DNA of 64,000 nt. It comes from Callorhinchus milii (Eukaryota). The notes beneath the pieces were generated by a model. The model had not been told where the DNA came from. It worked only from the letters and a program-made list of their open reading frames with translations, and did no database searches. Positions 36,530-50,634 of the stretch are shown here, piece after piece (the first letter of the stretch is position 1; every line of letters starts with the position of its first letter). The stretch lies in contig NW_024704742.1 of the NCBI RefSeq assembly GCF_018977255.1, forward strand, positions 63,242,001 through 63,306,000, given 5' to 3'. The position numbers and the translations under genes were made by a program.

Positions 36530-37686
36530 TCTGTCGTTGAATAGTTCAGATCCTACCTCCCACACCGTCTCCACTTCATCCTCACAAACAGTTTCTCCCC
36601 TAGCCCCCACACCATCTCGTGTGGCATTCCTCAGGGCTCTGTCCTTGGTCCCTTCCGTTTTGATATTTATATGCTCGCTCTTGGTGACATCCGCAGACAT
36701 GGGGTCAACTTCCACATGTATGTGGATGACACTCTACCTCTCTGCCTCCACCCTTGACTTCAGAACCACTGCTGTCCTGACAGAATTTCTGTCAGACATC
36801 AAGTCCTGGATGAGAACTAACTTTCTGCAGTTGAACGTCAACAAGACCGAGGCTCTCCTGATTGTCTCCCGTCAGCGCCTTCACACCTCAGGCATTGACA
36901 GCATCACCATCCATGGTTGCACACTCCACGTCACTAAGCCAGTCCAGAACCTTGGGGTCTTGTTTGACCTTCAACTATCCTTTCTACCCCACATCTGTGT
37001 CATGACCCACTCTGCCTTCCCGCACCTCCGCAACATTGCCTGGCTCCACCATTGTCTCACACAGCAGGCCACCGAGACCCTCATGCATGCATTCATAACA
37101 TCCAGGCTTGACTATACAATCTCCCTTTGTGGGCCTTCCCAACCCCTCCCTCCATAGGCTGCAGATCATCCAGAACTCTGCAGCCCATGTCCTCTCCCAC
37201 ACCAGGCTCCATGATCCTATCACCCCCATCCTCAGCCGACTCCACTGGCTTCCCATCACACAGAGGATACAGTTCAAGATCCTGGTCCTCACTTTCAAAG
37301 CCCTTCATGGCCTCGGTAACCCTACCTCTGTGACCTCCTAACCCCCTACCAACTTGCCCGCTCACTCCACTCAGCGGGCTCCAGCCTGCTTCACATCCCC
37401 AGCCCCACCCACTCCACCATTGCCGGTCAGGCCTTCAGCCACTCTGCCCCCACCCTCTGGAATTCCATCCCACTGACCCTCAACCTTGCCGCCTCCCTTG
37501 CTTCCTTCACGACCTGTCTTAAGACCCTCCTCTTCAACCGTGCCTTTGATCAGCCTCCTTCCCCCACTGCCCTCCAACCTCCCCAATCCCAACCCCCAAC
37601 TCGGGTCTGAAACACTGATTGTCCAGCGACTTGGGATGTCCTCCCGACGTGAAAACAGCTATACAAATGTAATTTTGTTGTTGTTG
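36530..37686 (+). mobile_element. L2 LINE 3' fragment with RT core, inserted in the Deu domain of a SINE B (36450-36529 and 37687-37880)
   Basis: [15 protein letters not shown]...HAFITSRLDY; LHWLPITQRIQFKIL; (TTG)n tail. The SINE sequence cctggt|gtcttggccaac is split by the insertion. Confidence 0.95.
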
Positions 37687-38149
37687 TCTTGGCCAACAAT
37701 CATCCAAATAAAATTAATCATTCACTCAATGTGTGATTTTTGGACATTGTGTATAAATTGACTGCTTCATTCACCAAAAGAATACATAGTCAGTACACTT
37801 TATAATATATCCTGTGAAGATCTTTGAGATGTCCTCAAGATATGAAAAGTGACATATCAAAAGTAAGGATTATTATTTATTATTTGGATGATCTTAATCT
37901 AAATCAAACGATTGGGGTAACATGACTGCATGTGAGCTGCAAAACCTTCTCTGGACCTCTGGGTATCTTTCAGGAGCTGCTTTAAAAATTAGCAGATTAA
38001 TTTTAAATGAGAAAGAATGCCATTTAGGTCAAGATATACTCTATTTTTCAGTTTTTCAGAGCTTCCAGAATTAGGCAAATATTGAATACAGCCTTAACTT
38101 TGAAACTGTTTTTCTTTCATTCTTATAATTACTAGAACATGGGTAGAGC

Positions 38150-38600
38150 ATAACTGGAGTACTGCATCCAGTTTTGGACACCTCACTTCAGGAAAGATGT
38201 TAACACCTTAGAGAGATGCAGAGGAGGTTTATTCTCTGAATGATTCTGAGGATGAAGGGCTATAGTTATGAGGAGAGATTGGAGAGGCTGGATTTGTTTC
38301 CCTTCAAGCAGAGGGGGTACCTGATAGACGTGAACTAAATTTTGAGAAGTTTCGACAGCATAAGTTGGGAGAAGTTATTTCTATTGATAGGGGAGTCAGT
38401 GGCAACTGTATATAGTTATAATATAGTCACAAGAACAGTGAAAGGAGAACTTAGGATGAATTTTTTTCACCCAGAGAATTGTTGGGATGTAACATGCTCT
38501 GCAGAGTAGATGTACTGCAGCTTTTCAAAGGGAAGTAGACAGGCAAATGAAACAGAGAGGATTGAAGTGGTATGGGCATAAGGAGCGCTGGAGATTTCTA
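38150..38600 (+). mobile_element. CR1 ORF2 C-terminal fragment
   Basis: ctggagtactgcatccagttttggacacctcacttcaggaaagat translates to LEYCIQFWTPHFRKD; YSYEERLERL. Confidence 0.85.
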
Positions 38601-38687
38601 TATTTTTCTGTGTAACTCACTGCAAATGGTGTTCACAATTAATACTGTATTGTAGAATCTGTCCAATTCTGAATGTTGAAAGTCCCT

Positions 38688-38849
38688 CCTTAAGACCCTC
38701 CTCTTCGACCATGCCATTGGCCACCCCCCTTCCCCTCCCCTCCCTTATCCCCCAACCCCAACTCGGGTCTGAAATGCTGTACTCTGTCCAGCGCCTTGGG
38801 ACGTCCTCCCGACATGAAAGGCGCTATATAAATGTAATCTTGTTGTTGT
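38688..38849 (+). mobile_element. L2 3' end
   Basis: cttaagaccctcctcttcgacc...gtaatcttgttgttg. Confidence 0.9.
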
Positions 38850-39878
38850 GAAATGTTTCGAAAATTAAGTAAATTTAGACCAGTGTGAGATTGTTTTCTC
38901 TCTATCGGCCTATATGCCTGTAAATTAAAATCAGTCCAGATTTTTTTTAAAAAAAGAACATTTTTGTGACTCCAGATGTGGAGAGTAGCTAAGAAAAGAG
39001 GATTAATGTAACATTACCTGTGCACTCACAGTGCGTATCCCTCCGATTGATGAACCTGCTATTGTGCTTTAACGGGAGGTCTTCTATGCACGTGCCTTTT
39101 ATTTTATTTCACATAAGAACTCAGCTAAATCTGTAAAATATAATTTGAACTTTTGAGATTTTTTTCCCTCAGATTTGCACTTATTCCTGTTCACAAGAAG
39201 TTAATGAAATTCAGATCAGTGGCACTAAAATAAAGATATTTTCCTCAGATATTAATGTCTACCTCTATAAGTAATCCTTTGTACTGTGAATCAAAACAAA
39301 GCATCAATTTGAATCAGTTATATCAAGTTGAAGTGACATTGCAAGGCAGCCTTTACATCTCACCAAGGTTTTCTGTTCTGCATTAACTCCACTGGGGACT
39401 GTGTTCCCTTTGGCCTTTGGTCTCATTTGATTGCTCTAAAAATAATGCACCTGGACAATTTTCAGCTCTCTAACTTTGCGACTATTGACTTTTCTCGTGG
39501 TCTGTTTTGGTGATAGACCTGCCACTTACAAGGAGTTCAGTACAATATATATTGGATATGTACTGAGTCAGACTCGGTTGCATGTCAAACATTCACCCAG
39601 GAGACCTCTCAACTTAAATTCCAGCATTGACTGAAATTCACACAAGGACTTCCCAGAGGGACAGTCCTTCTCAGTTTCAAACAATTTCTTTATGGAAGGG
39701 TGGCTAGTGGATTATTTCTAACATCACTCAAGGGCACCTCTTGGGGAGTGAACTAGCCAAAGACTGGCATTAGAGGTCTTTGCAGTCCAAATCATCCTGC
39801 CTGTCTGACCCAAGAGGGAATCACTGATGTACCTGTGAGAGGAGGAGAAGAGTAGAAACTAAGGAAGAATACAAGGAA

Positions 39879-39925
39879 ATATATATATTTTTTTATATAT
39901 ATATATATTTATATATACATATATT
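39879..39925. repeat. Imperfect (AT)n microsatellite
   Basis: atatatatattttttttatatatatatatatttatatatacatatat. Confidence 0.9.
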
Positions 39926-40459
39926 TTTAGCATGCTAATTTAAATGTGCCGGGCAGTTCCCTTTGAGACATCAGTCAATTTCTCTCCTTTAATCTTGAAC
40001 GTTCTTGAGAATCTGCATTTGCTTATGTGTTGCTATTTGCCCGTATCCACACAGAGTGACTCATGATTTAATTTAGGTTATGAATACATTCGCTTTTGTG
40101 TTCAGAAATATAGTCGACAACAGTAAAGGCAACATTATTCAAATTTGCTCGCAAATCATTGCGTTTCTCATTTTATTTTCTTTCACAAAGATAATTCCAT
40201 TTCAAATCTTCGGAATATTCAGTTGTTGCAAATATTGATGATGTCAGATCAAAGATCAGGACCTGTCCTGAAAACAGAAGGTTGGGGCAAAGACTTCCGA
40301 GACAGTTGGCTTAAACACCTTCAGCATGTCGACTTTGCTCCCTTTGCTCCCTTTCCCTTCCCCTCTGTGCTTCCAGGCCTTTAGCAGGCTGCTAATCCAC
40401 ATCCATATCTTACCCTTGACATCTAGTGGCAGCAGATTATTACGGAGCCTGTACCATCA

Positions 40460-40825
40460 TACCTGGTGTATACTGTAAAGTGTGGTGTCTGTGTAATTTG
40501 TAGATGAAACACAGCAGCTAATTTGCCAAAGCAGTGTTCTATAAACAGCCACGAAGTGAGTGACCAATCTTATTTGGGGGATTGTTGGCTGAAACTGCTT
40601 TCATTTTTCCAATAGTGTCACAGGATCTTTAACTCCACCTGAACAGGCAGAGAGGGACTCGTTTTAACATCTCAGCCAAAGGACAGCACCTCCAATAATG
40701 CAGCACTCGCCAACACTGCACCGGAGTGTCATCTTAGACTGTGATTTTAAAGTTCTGACAAGGGGCTTGAACCCACAACCGTCTGACTCAGAGACAAGAG
40801 TGCTACCAACTGAGCCAGGGTACAC
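40460..40825 (-). mobile_element. SINE family B, near full length
   Basis: ggggcttgaacccacaaccgtctgactcagagacaagagtgctaccaactgagccagg head in reverse, plus Deu core. Confidence 0.9.
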
Positions 40826-41589
40826 CTAAGGTTAACGTTTAAAGGATGTCTTTCTCCGTTGAAGTATATACCTTCAGGAATTAAGAATTCAAAGGCCGAG
40901 TAGGTGTTGTGAGTGTCTGTCTCCTGAAATGTCTAATTAGTGCTATNAAAAAAATGCGGACACACTTCAGGAAGCAAGTCTCTGGAGGGGAGAGAGTGAG
41001 AAATTGGAAATGTGTTTGTACAACCTGAGCGACAAAGAAAAGAATATCTGGCAAAGTCTAAAAGAGCCGGCTTCCAGGAATCATCGTGAAATCATCAACT
41101 CCAAATGCTAGAAATCTTATATTTATTTTCTTCTTGTTGCCTTATTTTCCTTTGTTTCTTTTACTTAGTCACTTATGGTCCATTCCATGCAGATAGTGTC
41201 TATTTTTATTGGTTAAACTATTATGATTGAAGAACAATCGGGTGGTGAAATGACTGGTGTTTTTCACCTTCCTAAGTATACAGAGCACAAGACAATATCC
41301 GGGTTTATGAACAGTGCGTTCCATGTCAATCTGGGTTTGACGTTTGTACCTGCGAGAAATCAGTGCACTGAACATGGGCTTGAGAGGAACAACTTCAAAA
41401 ACTGAGAGTAGCCCCTTGAAAGGTAAGCAGGTTACGGATAGGCATTCAATAAAGCCAAAGCCAAATACACAAAGCATGACAGATTGTAACCTAAAGTCAT
41501 CACTAGAAAAAAAATCATGGCTTTGATGGTTCTTCTTATTTTTAAACAGATTGCGCACAGCAGTTAAGATTGCACCCACAATGAATTGA

Positions 41590-41900
41590 GACATCACAAT
41601 GCACTTCACAGAATATAGTCTAAAGTGGATTGACTATATATTTTGTGGGCGAAACACAGCAGCCAACTGCACACGGCAGTGTCCCACAAACAGTCATGGA
41701 TTGAATGACCAAAGATATTTTTTTTTTTTGAAGGGAATATTAGCCCCGGAAAGCAATCTACTAATTGACTAGCAACCAGGTTCCTACTTATTGCTAGGTA
41801 AATAGAGGCATGTGGTGTAAGGAAACTTGGCTAAGGTTTTGCCCATCCCAGGAATCAAACCCAGGAGCTCTCGCTTGCAAAATGAGTGCACCATGTTACA
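41590..41900 (-). mobile_element. SINE family A (long form)
   Basis: caaccaggttcctacttattgctaggtaaatagaggc...ggaatcaaacccagg. Confidence 0.85.
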
Positions 41901-42709
41901 GCCGCTTTAAAATACATCCAACAGGATGTTTAGAGTTTTGAAAGCGTATAACGCAAAGAAAAATGTTTTGCTAACTATATTGCATATTCATCGCCCACTG
42001 GCTCATTTCATTAATTTGCCATGAACTAACCATTGATCTGTGCTTGGCTGTCTTAGAGTCAAGTGCGCTGGTAAATATCATACTGAAATTAAATTTAAAT
42101 AATTAAAATTGAAGTCTCTATCTTACAAACCTATATCCATCATTCTTCTTCAGTGAATATATTTACACATGAAATCTCATTCTATTTCTGTTTGCTTCAA
42201 GCATTACACCTGCTTATTCCTGTCTAATCATTCCCCTTTGCCTTATCTCCTTTTGGGCTCTTAATTGCTGCATTTGAGCAAAGTCCTCTGAATGGAATGG
42301 GATTCATAGCTTGATGACCTTTTCTATTATTTAGTATTTGTGATATTAAATCTTCAGATTTAAAACTTGAAATGAAACCTATTCCTAATGGTTCTTCTCT
42401 TAGTATTCTAGATGCTAAGAACCCAGTCTAGTAAAAGCTATTTGAAGATCCAGTTATTTTATTTGATAATTTCAATTAAAATATCAAATCATTTTTAGAA
42501 AGCCACAATTGCACTTGTCTGACTAGATATTGCATTTACATAGAGATACATGGAATCATATGGCACAGAAACAGGCCCAACTAATCCATGATGGTGTTTA
42601 TACTCCCATCCCTCAATTTCCCTCTTTTCTCATCTCCCTCACACGTGCATCAATTTTACTCTTATCTGCATTGATGTTATTTAAAGTCTGTCTCAAAATC
42701 TACCTTTTG

Positions 42710-42895
42710 TGGAGTCCTGTAACTTAGTGGTTAGAGCACTCACCTCGCAAGCGAGAGACCTGGGTTTGATTCCCAGCAGGGTGAAACATTGGGCAAGTTT
42801 CCTTACTCCACACAACTCTGTTTATCTAGCAGTAAGTAGAAACCCACTTGTTAGTCAATTGGCAGATCACTTTTTCGGTTTCCTTCTAAAAAAAT
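42710..42895 (+). mobile_element. SINE family A 5' half (tRNA-Ala-like head)
   Basis: ggagtcctgtaacttagtggttagagcactcacctcgcaagcgagagacctgggtttgattccc; loop ctcgcaa (CGC anticodon-like). Confidence 0.85.
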
Positions 42896-45800
42896 AATAA
42901 ATTAAGCATGGTAATGGACTTCCATATATGTCAGAAATCCAGCTGCCCATTCCTTTCCCAGTTCTATTCCCTTCCTTTTTGCACTAACTCTCCTGTTGTC
43001 ATATATGCTCAAGCTCAATACTTTGTGTTTCATTGGCCTCAAAAGTCGTGTGGATGAGCTTTAGTTTTTGTTAATATTGTAAGTCTCAATGTGCTTCCAC
43101 CTTATTTTAAATAACATCTTTTTAGTATTATTTTATGTGTCTTTGTTCTTATTTTCTCCAGAAAACATTTTGTTCCCTTTCCAAGGTATTTGTGTTAGGA
43201 TTACATCTCAATGACAAACCAGCATGGCAGACTTCTCAGTAACTGAGGATTCATGCAGTTAATAAAACAACAACAACAACAAATTGCATTTATGTAGCAC
43301 CCTCCACGCAGGGTAGCATCTCGGAGAGCTTAAAATATGATTAAATAAAACAAATTGAGATATTGTTAATGTTATTGAAAGAAAAAAGCAGAAACACCCA
43401 AAGTACAGGTAATTCCAGGCCTTGAACCAATGTCTGTAAGATGCTTGTGGCATTTTAATACTGGGTCACACTGTTCGGTCTCATGCATGTTTTCTAGTTG
43501 TTCACTTACCATCAGCAGGATTGATGATGCATTTTGTTTGAAAATGTTCTCCTCAGGCAAATAGAACTAATTTAGCTTGTTGTAGTTGGGAAAAAAGCAT
43601 CGGTAAGTTAACATTTCCTGTGGGCTTCAACAAATGTTCACAGAATTATGTTCTGCGGCAGAGCTTCACTATCTGTGTGAAGAAAGCTCAGTCTGTTTGG
43701 AAGTAAAGACAAGGTACTGCTCCATTATGTTGAAGGACAATGGGCTGGTGATCTCTGGAGGCAACATGGGTACTTTGTAAGAATTGGGACTTCTCATGTA
43801 GGCCTGAGATGGACTCAAATCTATTGCCATTAATTAACTGCACTAAAACCTCAAATTCATGCATAAATTGGTGCTTGGCATCACTTGAGCAAAGCCAGCA
43901 CCATGTATCTGTATTTAGTAAGTGTATCCAACAATGGGCAAGCTGTCAGCCACTTAAATTTATAGGATTCTGAGCTTGATCTCACCTGTAATAGAATCCT
44001 AATGAAAAAAAATTATAATAAACTGGTATTTGATATAACACTGAGGAGGTTGTGGGGTAAAAAACACACAGTCAAAATGTTAGTTCTGAAGATGAACTAT
44101 ACAGAAGAGAATGAGGGACCCAGGCAGATTGCTTCAGAGAGTTGAATTCCAGAGAGTGGGAGCAGATTGGCTGATAGCTCCATCATCGAAGTGGAGTGAA
44201 TAGGCTGGAGGAGGTGAGGGAGGGGGGTGCAGGAGGTCACAGTGTTTGTAACTTTCTTTTGTTCAATTTATTCTTTCACTTTATTTCACAAAATATACAC
44301 CAATGTACTTGACAATATACCCTTTGAAACTCTTTTAGACATGAAAGTCAGTATATCAATTATTATTATTAGGAATATTATTATGATCACCCCAACTGCT
44401 CTGAGCAAACTTTCTACAAACTTAAAGCTTTGAGAATCCAATCCGTGTCTTACAAAAATATAAACAATGATTCTGAAAGCATCTTGAAATTGGATTTTTG
44501 CTTTAATAATGTAGCAGAAGGGAGAAATGTGCGGAAAAAATTGCATAACATACATAATAGTCGCAGTGCATTCTGAATGGAGTAATAAAAGTCACCTTGA
44601 TAAAGCAGCCCAGTGTCTAAATTTAGTGACTCTTAGACAAGCTTACAAGATGAAATTCCAGGAAAACTTGTCACTCTTATCCTGTGGTTCAACTGGGTGC
44701 TTCGTTTCATCATTTTTCAGAAGACGGAACAACAGAGAGGAAATTATACTGCCATCTCAGGGGGAGGAAGCTGGTGTCAATTTGACTTGGCTCACAAGAG
44801 TCATGGTACCTGCCAATTAGAGAGTGAAAATTAATGGCGGCAACGCAGAAGAATGTGCCTCAAACTCCTGACTGATGAAGGGTGTGTGCTGGTGAGTTTT
44901 GCAACGAGAGGAATTTAAGTCAGGAAGGATTGTAACCTTGTTATATATGTTTGTTTGATTCCGAAACTTGGAATGTATTCTTACTCATTAAAGAACTGAC
45001 ACATGACCCTACGCTGTCATCAAGCACTGTTACCTTCCATCTGAAGCATTCAGATTTTTTTCTGTGTATATCTAAAGGCTTCTTTATTCCCCGAGGATCC
45101 AATTCACTGAATATTTCAACAAAATTAGACAAAAACAATGTGTGTTCATATTGTAACATTGCCAGCTATCAATATAACTGGCTTTTAAAGTGCAACCAAG
45201 GTTTAACAATTTCTTTATGTTTATTAATGTTAATTATCCATAAAAGGGGAATCAATGTATCTGCTTCCGCTTTTTGTAACACCGCCTCTCCGAACACCCA
45301 CTGTATCTTCCAGCAACTGCACGTCAGCATCGAGAGGTTTATCTCTAGTCTATGATACACAGCACTGCAAATTTGCATCACCTCATGGATGTTGAATGAC
45401 AGGAAAGGTGTCAGTGGTTTTGAAATTCTAGTCAAAATATGCAAATGGGGCAATTGTGAGGTTGCTGTTCAGTCTGCAGTCAAAATAGTAAGCAATAAGG
45501 TAAATCTAAAGCCTGAATACAATTAATGCTCCATAACGATATTTTAATTTTAAAAGCACAGTTAAAATAGTCTATAATTTAAAATGTCCAACGCCCACTT
45601 ACCTCCTTTATGATTACCATTAGTTACTGGATCTTGTCCCATGACAATGCAATTGTTGCTTTGTGGCCTTCCAAATTTCAGTTTTTAATTGCGAAAGACT
45701 CAAAGATGGGGAAAGAAAATTGCACTCACTTGCTTGTCCTGCCTTTGTAATTCTTCAAAGCTCCAGCAAGGATGCAACTGCTTTATGGGGTAACATTTCC

Positions 45801-46829
45801 ATATCCATATTTTAACGTTTTATGAATATAAAGTACGTAGAATAATGCACTTTTTCAATGCATCACGCTCGTTTTTTTCTCATTATAATGACTGCAAATT
45901 AATATCTGAAGACACTGGCATTGCATTTATGTCATTAATCTTCAGTGTCATAAAATGAGTAGTGAGCACTGAATAACAAAATACATTTTTTACAGGGTCC
46001 TGTCTGGTACATTGTTAATTATGGGATTTGCTTTGTGTTTTACAGAACCCAACAGGTGGAGGCAATGCTCAGGAGGCCACAATGACAAGACCAGTACAGC
46101 AATTGTTTTCATTATCTTTCTTCCTAGTGACCTTTTGAATGATTTAATACCTGCCATTTCATCCTAAAGTTGTAAAGCATTTCATCCTGTAATTGAGTGT
46201 TAACAACAATTCATAATTCGCCTCCTTTTCACATTGAGCCAAACAGAAATTCAACTTTGACTAATAGGTTCCTAAATACACCGCTGTCAGGTAGCAACAA
46301 TCAACAGCAAGTTTCTGAAGAATCAGCATTGAGTGCAATCAGCCGCTATGGAGAATATCTGCATCAAAATAGTGTCAGAGAAAGATCCAGGGAAATGATT
46401 AGGAGTTTTTTTAATAAGGATGCAAAAGCTGAACTGAATTTCAAATCAGATGTAATCTGAACTCAGACAATTTGTGTTTATTTTCTTCATTCAGCTCAAT
46501 TCGGTGAGTTCATGTTACTCAAAGAGCCACCCAGACACATACAGACAAACACTGTATTCTCCTTTGTTTAATGCCCAATTCTTTTTTCACTGTGCATCTG
46601 CTGCCGTGGTGTAACTTTCTCTCTGAGGTCCAAAAGAGGTTCGAGTTATTCACTTACACAGGTGAAATTCATGCACAATGCACTTACATTTTCGCCCTTT
46701 ACCCAGCTCAAGTGGTGTGTCGGACACAGAGAAATAACTTGTTTTATTTACTGTGTTTGAATGGCAGTACCTTGCAATGAGCTGAGGAGCAAAGGGATTT
46801 GAGAATGCAGGTACATAGGTCATTGAAAG

Positions 46830-47395
46830 TGCCATTGCAAGGGTGGTGGAGGTAGAGTCCGTTGCAGCTTTCAAGAGGGAAGTAGACAGGCATATGAAGG
46901 ATAGGGTCTTGAAGGGGTATGGGGATTTTTGGGGGGAGCTGGAGGTCAGCCAGGTGGGTGTCTGACACAAGTGGAAACCCATCACCATGCTTAACAGTAT
47001 CCAAACCAAACTGACATTTCCACGCATCCCACCTACACGTGGAAATCCCAGAGATAGATTGTTGGAATGGAATGCATACTCTCTCCCTGGAGGGATGTAT
47101 CCTGCTTACCTAATTCCGGAAAGTATTGCAGGTTGGCAAGAGCCAAGGCTTGGGGACTCCAGTGTATGCATTAGACTACTGCTGAAGTCTAACCAGCAAA
47201 AACTGCATAGCTTGCCATTGATATCGCTGTCTGTCAAGCTTTCCCATTGCTTGTTCAGCTGGGACCACCCTAACCATTAGGATAAGGTAGGCCAGGGGGA
47301 TTGAAGTGATATCATTGCTCTGTGAGCCATTGCAGGCTTGATGGGCTGAATGCCCCCTTCTACACTGTTGATTTCTGTTTCAATGTTTCTATGTA
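46830..47395 (+). mobile_element. CR1 3' end split by a family X insertion
   Basis: gggtggtggaggtagagtcc...gaaggggtatggggat on the left; gatgggctgaatgcccccttct...tttctatg on the right. Confidence 0.75.
46927..47280 (-). mobile_element. Family X 3' end copy
   Basis: ttttt...gtcagccaggtgggtgtctgacacaagtggaaacccatcaccatgcttaa...gaccaccctaaccattagg. Confidence 0.85.
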
Positions 47396-47574
47396 CAGCA
47401 AATCCAACCTTTGACCTTATACTGCATTTGTTTTGCTGGATTCACAGGAAATCATAGCTATTTTGACACCAAATTTCTTCACAACATGCAATAACAGCAT
47501 GTGTGAATCAAAATGGTGTTCATGTAAATAAAACAGAAAAAAACTGAGAGAGAGAATAAAAGGCTCTCTCAGAC

Positions 47575-47995
47575 TGCCCTCATCCACACCTTTATCACAT
47601 CCCGGCTTGACTCTGCCAACAGTGCTTGCTGGACTCCCCAGATGTTCCCTACACAGGCTCATGCCATCCAGACCTCTCCCACCTCTCCTATTACCCCCAT
47701 CCTTGCTCGGCACCACTGGCTCCCCATCCCCTTGCAGACCAACCTCTCTCTTCCAGAGAGAGGATGTCGCTCTCTGGAGCACTATCCCAAAGTCCCTCCA
47801 ATTTGTTTCTTCCCTTACCTCATTCAAGGTCCATCTGAAAACCTCCTTCTTTGATTGTGCTTTTGATTCTCTTTCCCCTCCACACCCCCTTGGCTCCCAC
47901 TCATTCCCAATTCAGGTGCCCAGCTAGCAGTATACACCTATTTGATACATCCTCCCAAAGTGAAAAGCAACTGAATAAATGTAAATTAAATTGTG
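47575..47995 (+). mobile_element. Old L2 3' fragment
   Basis: PITPILARHHWLPIP and ALWSTIPKSL...FKVHLKTSFF. Confidence 0.8.
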
Positions 47996-48569
47996 TTGTA
48001 TTTATAGTAAAGCCTGTAAAGCACTTTGAGATGTCCTTCTGACATGAAAGGTGCTATATCAAATGTAAGGATTATTATTATAACAAAGCATGTTCTACTA
48101 GTGTTCAACTATATTGAGCAAATCATTCAATTTCTAGGCCATGAGAATAAGAGTATTACAAGTCAACTACATTGCTATGAAACCAAATTGGCAACCAGAT
48201 AGCAAATAGTGATTGACTTACACCAGCTTTTCATTTATTATGTTTTTATCAGTTCAGGTACAGACAGTGAGTAGGGACCTTGGTTTCCAGTCAGCTGTGC
48301 CATTTTTATCATCCCTTTAGAAATAGGTGCAGTGTTTGTTCAAAGTTCATGTGGGACAAAGTAACCTGACATGGGTAACTGAAGTCAATTGACAGGATAG
48401 AACCCATCTAATTCCTTATACAGGTAATGATCAGAAAGTACATGTCCCTATTCACTGTGTGCCTCCTTAAAAGTGATTTGTAATAATTGTTAGTATCGTC
48501 AAAAGAAGCAACCGCAGCAAGAAATGACAGGTTCACTATAAAACCAAGAATGTTTGTTAAATGCAAATT

Positions 48570-49095
48570 AACAGTCAAGTCTGGATGTTATGAATGCATG
48601 TGTTAGGGTTTTGTTGACCTGCGGTGTGAGACAGTGGTGGAGCATGGCAGAACGGGTCATGGTACAGATGTGGGGTTGAAAGGATAGTTGAGGGTCAAGC
48701 AAGACGCCAAGGTTTCGGACTGGCTTAATAAGGTGGAACGTGCATGGATGGCCTGAGGTGTGGAGGCGCTGACAGGAGCCAATCAGGAGAGACTTGGCCT
48801 TGTTGATGTTCAACTGAAGAAAGTTAGCTCTCATCCAGGACTTGATGTCTGACAGACATTCTGTCAGGACAGCAGTGGTCCTGGAGTCACGGGTGGAAGC
48901 AGAGAGATACAGTTGGGTGTTATCTGCATACATGTGGAAGTTGACCCGTGTCTGTGGATAATATCACTAAGAGGGAGCATATAGATATTGAAAAGGAAGG
49001 GACCATGGACAGAGCCCTGAGGAACGCCACACAAGACGGCGCAGGGCTAGAGGAGAAACTGTTTGTGGAGGTGAAGTGGTAGCAGTGTGAGACAT
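48570..49095 (-). mobile_element. L2 RT fragment (no 3' tail)
   Basis: ORF 48568-48933 MYADNTQLY...[13 protein letters not shown]...HAFITSRLD. Confidence 0.9.
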
Positions 49096-49529
49096 ACAAT
49101 CCAAACCATTCAAACATTACAACATTGCAATATTGCATATTTCAACATACAAGGTACTACACAAGTTGCAAAGATTTTCATATTCAGCTCAGTTCTTCTC
49201 TCTATATGTAATGTTAGTCACCATTTTCAAATTTACAAAGGGTTCCTGAACCCAATGCCCTCCTGTTAACTCGATGCATCAAATCAATGTGCTCACCCAG
49301 ACACACTTCAGAGAGCTGCTAAGCTATTTCAAGAGATCTAGTATTTACTCTAAGTTTGCAGGACTGTACAGTTTTGATTCATCATACAAATAAAACGCAT
49401 GTTAAAGCAGTGGATTTAAACAGTGGCCACTATAACTCATTGCTAGTACTGGTGCTCAAGAGTTAGGCTGCCTGCATCACCAAGTAGGATATTTTTAATA
49501 AATCACCACTCACCAACATGTGAGTTATA

Positions 49530-49895
49530 TCTATATTAATCCTTGCATTTAATATGTCAGTGAAATGTCTCAAAGCGCTTCACAACGTTTAAAATAAATA
49601 CTCCTCACATTTGATATAGTAATAGAGCCTTTCGCATCAGAGGGACATCTCAAAGCACTTCACCGGATATACTATAAAGCGTAGTGACTATGTATTTTGA
49701 AGGCGAACATGGCAGCTGAAATCGCACAGAGCAAGGTCTTCCCAACAGCCATGATGTAAATGACAAATTGTTGGCCAGGATCTTTAACATGCACCTGAAC
49801 AGACAGAAGGAGCCTTGGTTTAACGTTTCATCCAAAGGATAGCACCCCTGACAATGCAACACACCTCCAGCATTGCAATGGAGTGTCAGCCTAAC
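49530..49895 (-). mobile_element. SINE family B fragments; a SINE tail on the + strand follows at ~49975-50142
   Basis: ggatctttaacatgcacctgaacagacag...ggagtgtcagcct. Confidence 0.75.
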
Positions 49896-50634
49896 TGTCC
49901 AAACCACTAGGAGAAACTCGCTTATCTTTTAGTTTTGAGTCTTTTGCCTATATCTTTTGGAAGATATGGAAAAAACATTTGGTCACTCAATCCACAACTG
50001 CTTGTGGGACACTGCTGTGCCAATTGGCTGCTGTGTTTTGCCGACTAAATTCATAGTCAATCCACCTAACAATATATTGTGTGAAGCTCTGTGAGACATC
50101 TCAATGACATGATAAGGTGCTGTATCAAATGCAAGGATTATTCATTTATGGTCACTTTGAAGAAATATATAATAGTTCTTTTTAATTACTCTGAGTAAAA
50201 GATTAATGCATAAGGCGTTTAGTTGAATAAATAAACTTCTGAAGTTCAAAAACATTAAAAGGAAAAAAAGCTGGCTTTTGCCAATATATTTATGACTTCC
50301 AATTTTTGGAGGGAAGTGCCTTGAATGGAGTTTTGACAATTGCAACTTATTTTTATTTGACAAGTAAAAGGAATATCAGTATCAAAAATAACATTGTAAG
50401 TATTTTTCTTTAACCCTGGAGGTATTTTTTTTGCAAAATAATTACCGTTCTTATCCCAACATGCAGTTTCAAACCCCCCTCTCTACAAGTAATCATCAAA
50501 CTGAATTAAAACTGCTTCATCTTCTGAATCATTTGCAAGAGCAAAAGATAGAAAGGCAAACTGCAGAAAAACATGTTGGCAGCTTTTACAAGACCTCAGG
50601 CACATGCATCTTACAACCAAAATCTCGAACGGCA

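Noticed and set aside
40947..40947. Single N
   Set aside because: Assembly ambiguity or gap placeholder. Adjacency across it should be treated cautiously.
42710..42782. tRNA gene (also 15865-15938 and 55268-55342)
   Set aside because: A and B boxes are present, but the sequence runs straight into the SINE body and the cloverleaf is degenerate. These are SINE heads.
46197..46460. 87-aa ORF as a coding exon
   Set aside because: No recognisable homology and no convincing donor site or partner exons.
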